From contig JAXHVD010000018.1 in the NCBI GenBank assembly GCA_034189385.1, positions 28,398-92,397 on the forward strand: a DNA stretch of 64,000 nt. The letters are read 5' to 3'. Below the pieces are notes generated by a model. It was not told where the DNA came from, made no database searches, and saw only the letters and a program-made list of their open reading frames with translations. Positions 61,057-64,000 of the stretch are shown here, piece after piece (position 1 is the stretch's first letter; each line of letters begins with the position of its first letter). This stretch comes from Thermodesulfobacteriota bacterium. GTDB lineage: Bacteria > Desulfobacterota > Desulfobacteria > Desulfobacterales > C00003060. The translations under genes were made by a program, and so were the position numbers.

Positions 61057-62913
61057 TTAATTTTCCTTGGCTATATCAGATTCTGCCGCACACTCGACAA
61101 GACTCTCTTTCTTTTCCGACGTAATGATCTCATCGGCCAGCAAGTCGTTGCTTAGCCTTGCGACACACTGAACAAACTGACCATGGTTCTCTGCACCCTC
61201 CTCACATTGACTAATCCGCTCTGAAATGTATTGCCCCGAATAGACCTGGTCCGGGACCCCCGTGTAACAACCGTCAATAGTGACCGTTGTTGCTATTGAA
61301 GACAACAAAGCGCTAACGCTGTCGCACAACACCAACGCATCATCAAGGTAGCCAATTGCCTCGGCCAGGTCATCCTCGAAGGTGTCTGTTGCCAGTTGGA
61401 AGGCAATGTCAGATACACCAGAAGGTCCCAAAGGAAGAAAAACAATTTCCATGGCCATGCGCACCTTTCCGTTCACCGCCTTCAGTTCATCCGCGGCCAG
61501 TTCTATTGTCTCTTCCGCCCCAGCAGGGACTTCTACTGCAATCAGGGCGTCCACTATGTCGCCTATCAACGGAAACTCCCATCCAGTCCACGTAGGTGGT
61601 ATGGGGCCTATAGGAGGATCAACGTCGAGGCATGGAATATCATGGCAGCCCGAGATAGCGGCTGCAATGCCCTGCACCCTTTCCTTTAACGCAACAACAC
61701 TCGTATTTACTTCTGCGAGGCGACAGGTAGGTGCAGCGCCAAATCGGTATATGGCTATTTCCCCATCGTCTGGATTCGTCCCTGTAGTTGCCACATAGAG
61801 ATCCCCCCCATAACTCTCCATAGCGGTAATGGATATGGTTTCATCAGATTCTATAGGGCACCCGGGTACGTCACTCCATTGGGTGCCGTTAGTGGAAGAA
61901 TAGAGCAAAGGAGCGCCGTGATGCTCCATTGCCTTATTAAACGTGCCCAAATAAAACCTATCAGCATGCTCCAATAGCCGGAAGGGGCCCCCTGATGCCC
62001 CTGAAAAGGCTTCGCTAATGGCCTCCCCACCCGTTTCAGACCCATCTGTCCGCCAGAAAACGTTATCTTCATAAAGACCGAGGTATAGATACCCCTTGAA
62101 AGGCTTAAGAGCATAGGCATGCCCAACTAAAGAGGAACCCGGGTGACTATAGACGACCTGAGTCCAATTCTGCCCGTCATCTGTTTTCACAAGTTCAACC
62201 CCATTGGGTGCGTCAAACCCTATCCCTGCGTAAAGGCCGCCGTTAAAAGCTTCTAGAGACTCAATAGTCCCTCGACCAGGTGGATTATATGGCGTCTGCT
62301 CCCACTGAAGCTGTTCAGAATTGGTGTTCAACCACCAGACTCGATCTTGTCGAACGATGTAAAGCTGCCCTTTGAATTCGGCCATGTCAGTGAAATCTAT
62401 GGAGTTAGCCCCGATCTCAGGTAAATTCGCCGTCACGTCGAACCAGGTCGTACCATCATCAGTGCAAAAGACGTCTCCAATACTGTTGCCAACATAGAGG
62501 CGATTATCATGAACCAACATCGCCATATCATTTTTACCAACAAAATCATCATCAGGCCACTGAGGGGGGGTCACATCATCCCAAATCCAGCAGCCAGCAC
62601 TGACGATTCGATAAACCCTTCCCGGGTGAGGATATTGTTGGGACGCCCTGCCTGCAACCACGTACAGTGTTCCTTGGAACTCTGCCATCGCATGTATATG
62701 GCTGTGTCCGGAGGTTTCAGTGTAGGACTCGTCAAAAACCTTGTGCCACACGTCGGCGGCCAGGAGGTTGGGGGAAGAAAAGAAGAAGGCCGTTCCGATC
62801 CACATGGCAACGAGAAGGAGACGCCACTTCTTTGAAGAAACAACCATCCCAATAATCCCCTCCATTTGTTTGCGTTCTTTTGCATCAGGTCCTCTTCTTT
62901 TCAGATATTTCAT
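61057..62913 (-). CDS. Secreted beta-propeller protein with helical region and C-terminal NHG.FV.CV module
   Basis: GGGAGG RBS; signal peptide; repeats of M..F.G.LY....T.DG..W; TIDGC.TGV...NHGQFVQCVA...CAA. Confidence 0.8.
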   Translation of the reverse strand: MKYLKRRGPDAKERKQMEGIIGMVVSSKKWRLLLVAMWIGTAFFFSSPNLLAADVWHKVFDESYTETSGHSHIHAMAEFQGTLYVVAGRASQQYPHPGRVYRIVSAGCWIWDDVTPPQWPDDDFVGKNDMAMLVHDNRLYVGNSIGDVFCTDDGTTWFDVTANLPEIGANSIDFTDMAEFKGQLYIVRQDRVWWLNTNSEQLQWEQTPYNPPGRGTIESLEAFNGGLYAGIGFDAPNGVELVKTDDGQNWTQVVYSHPGSSLVGHAYALKPFKGYLYLGLYEDNVFWRTDGSETGGEAISEAFSGASGGPFRLLEHADRFYLGTFNKAMEHHGAPLLYSSTNGTQWSDVPGCPIESDETISITAMESYGGDLYVATTGTNPDDGEIAIYRFGAAPTCRLAEVNTSVVALKERVQGIAAAISGCHDIPCLDVDPPIGPIPPTWTGWEFPLIGDIVDALIAVEVPAGAEETIELAADELKAVNGKVRMAMEIVFLPLGPSGVSDIAFQLATDTFEDDLAEAIGYLDDALVLCDSVSALLSSIATTVTIDGCYTGVPDQVYSGQYISERISQCEEGAENHGQFVQCVARLSNDLLADEIITSEKKESLVECAAESDIAKEN

Positions 62914-63174
62914 GCCTCTACCTCCCTTTTATTTAGGTTTGTGTTCTTGCCGCAACAAATCGTTCAGGCTTTCAGCCGACTGACGCCAAATGGCATTCAT
63001 CCGATTTGAAACGAAAAGCCGACCCCCTTTTCCTTAGTGCAGTGTCCGGTAACAGGCTCCCAACAGAACACGGCGCCCTGTCAGGAAGTAGCTGGGTACA
63101 GACACAAAATGACGTTTGGAGACGATGGTTATTTTTCGTCAATCTCCCTCCGTTTTGTAATGCTCAGTGGACAC

Positions 63175-63334
63175 AAAAAAAGCCGAGTTACGCCTTCTGT
63201 GACCTTAACGATGTCACACCCGGCAACTCGGCTTTCTCCTCAGGATGCGGATTCAGCTAAACCAGCACCAACAAAACGTTACTGAGAACCGTGGCTTTCC
63301 GTCCCCGCCTCGCAACGGGTTTGGCCTTGGTATC
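63175..63334 (-). ncRNA. Cyclic-di-GMP-I (GEMM-I) riboswitch with terminator platform
   Basis: GGCCAAACCCGTT-GCGA-GGCGGGGACGGAAAGCCACGG...AGCCGAGTTGCCG; downstream GTAACTCGGC followed by a T run. Confidence 0.9.
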
Positions 63335-63816
63335 TTGAAACTGAGGAAAGGAACTTCAGGTTCATCAATTGCCCCCTAGTCTCTCTCCAATATGTAATAA
63401 GAAATTGTCTTGGCGAATCAGCAAGATAAGGATGGAAACGAATGTGCATTGCAACATCACAAATATCCCCGTATTAGCTCCTAACAGATGCCAACCAGAC
63501 AGTCAATTCCTAAAATTACCTGTTTTTCATCCAAAAACTGAGTACTTTCTATACGGAAACTACGCAGTCTGATAGGTAATGTGTGGGTAGGAGGGCTCCC
63601 GATGGCCACCGTCTGTCAGGTGAGGGACTTCAACATATTGTGGGATTGGCTAGGGAGGCGTCTAGTTCAAGTATTCTTGCCATACCTAGCCTGGTAAGGC
63701 CTCTCAAATAAGGTTGGACTTCCTGCCCCTGTACGTAATAAAAGATGATTGACACTTGAGGGATCAAGGGTCACCATCTGCCTGGTTTTTCTGGCAAATT
63801 AAGAAAGGAGGCAGAC

Positions 63817-64000
63817 ATGACCCTTGAAACGATTACCCCTGAAAAGTGCAGATTGTTTGAACCATCTGCAAGTGTCGACCTTTGTGATCTAGGTGAAGTT
63901 CCTTCCTTCTATACCCCGGTAGCCCCTCCGGTTCAACACCAAGTTCATCGGGAGCCCGGAGAGGAGAGGGGGTCCTGCCGGCAAACGCTTGAGCGTTTGC
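63817..64000 (+). CDS. 5' part of an ORF running off the window, possibly a mobile-element recombinase
   Basis: AAGGAGG RBS; 61 open codons; RBS and ATG lie in a hairpin; function is a guess. Confidence 0.5.
   Translation, partial: MTLETITPEKCRLFEPSASVDLCDLGEVPSFYTPVAPPVQHQVHREPGEERGSCRQTLERL

Noticed and set aside
60477..61124. 215-aa plus-strand ORF
   Set aside because: No RBS or motifs; runs through a repeat element and overlaps the convergent gene

Overview
Bacterial chromosomal window. Gene content and style suggest a Desulfobacterota (deltaproteobacterial) organism; this is an inference. The core (13-54 kb) is housekeeping: degT-like, two comEA-like genes, galE, efp, ftsB, murJ, rpsT, lptE-leuS, pyrK, glmM, a heterodimeric ABC exporter, an RNase II-family gene, rho-rpmE-prfA-prmC, cimA-ilvDBNC with an Ile/Val leader-peptide attenuator, pyrD and selB. 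Accessory regions flank it: one after tRNA-Pro (0.8-13 kb) and one after tRNA-His/tRNA-Arg (54-64 kb). These encode four large secreted modular proteins: an M66-like metalloprotease and three beta-propeller proteins, each with a different C-terminal module. One propeller gene lies under a c-di-GMP-I riboswitch. Its upstream region is paralogous to that of a second propeller gene, which was split by an ISNCY-like element that itself carries a nested IS200-like element. Several MITE families are visible, one sharing ends and TANNTA target duplications with that IS. Other oddities are a TPR fused to a catalytically degenerate AroQ, and a ComEA paralog with a phage-like domain. No CRISPR array or rRNA was seen. 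Family assignments come from motif recognition, not database searches.
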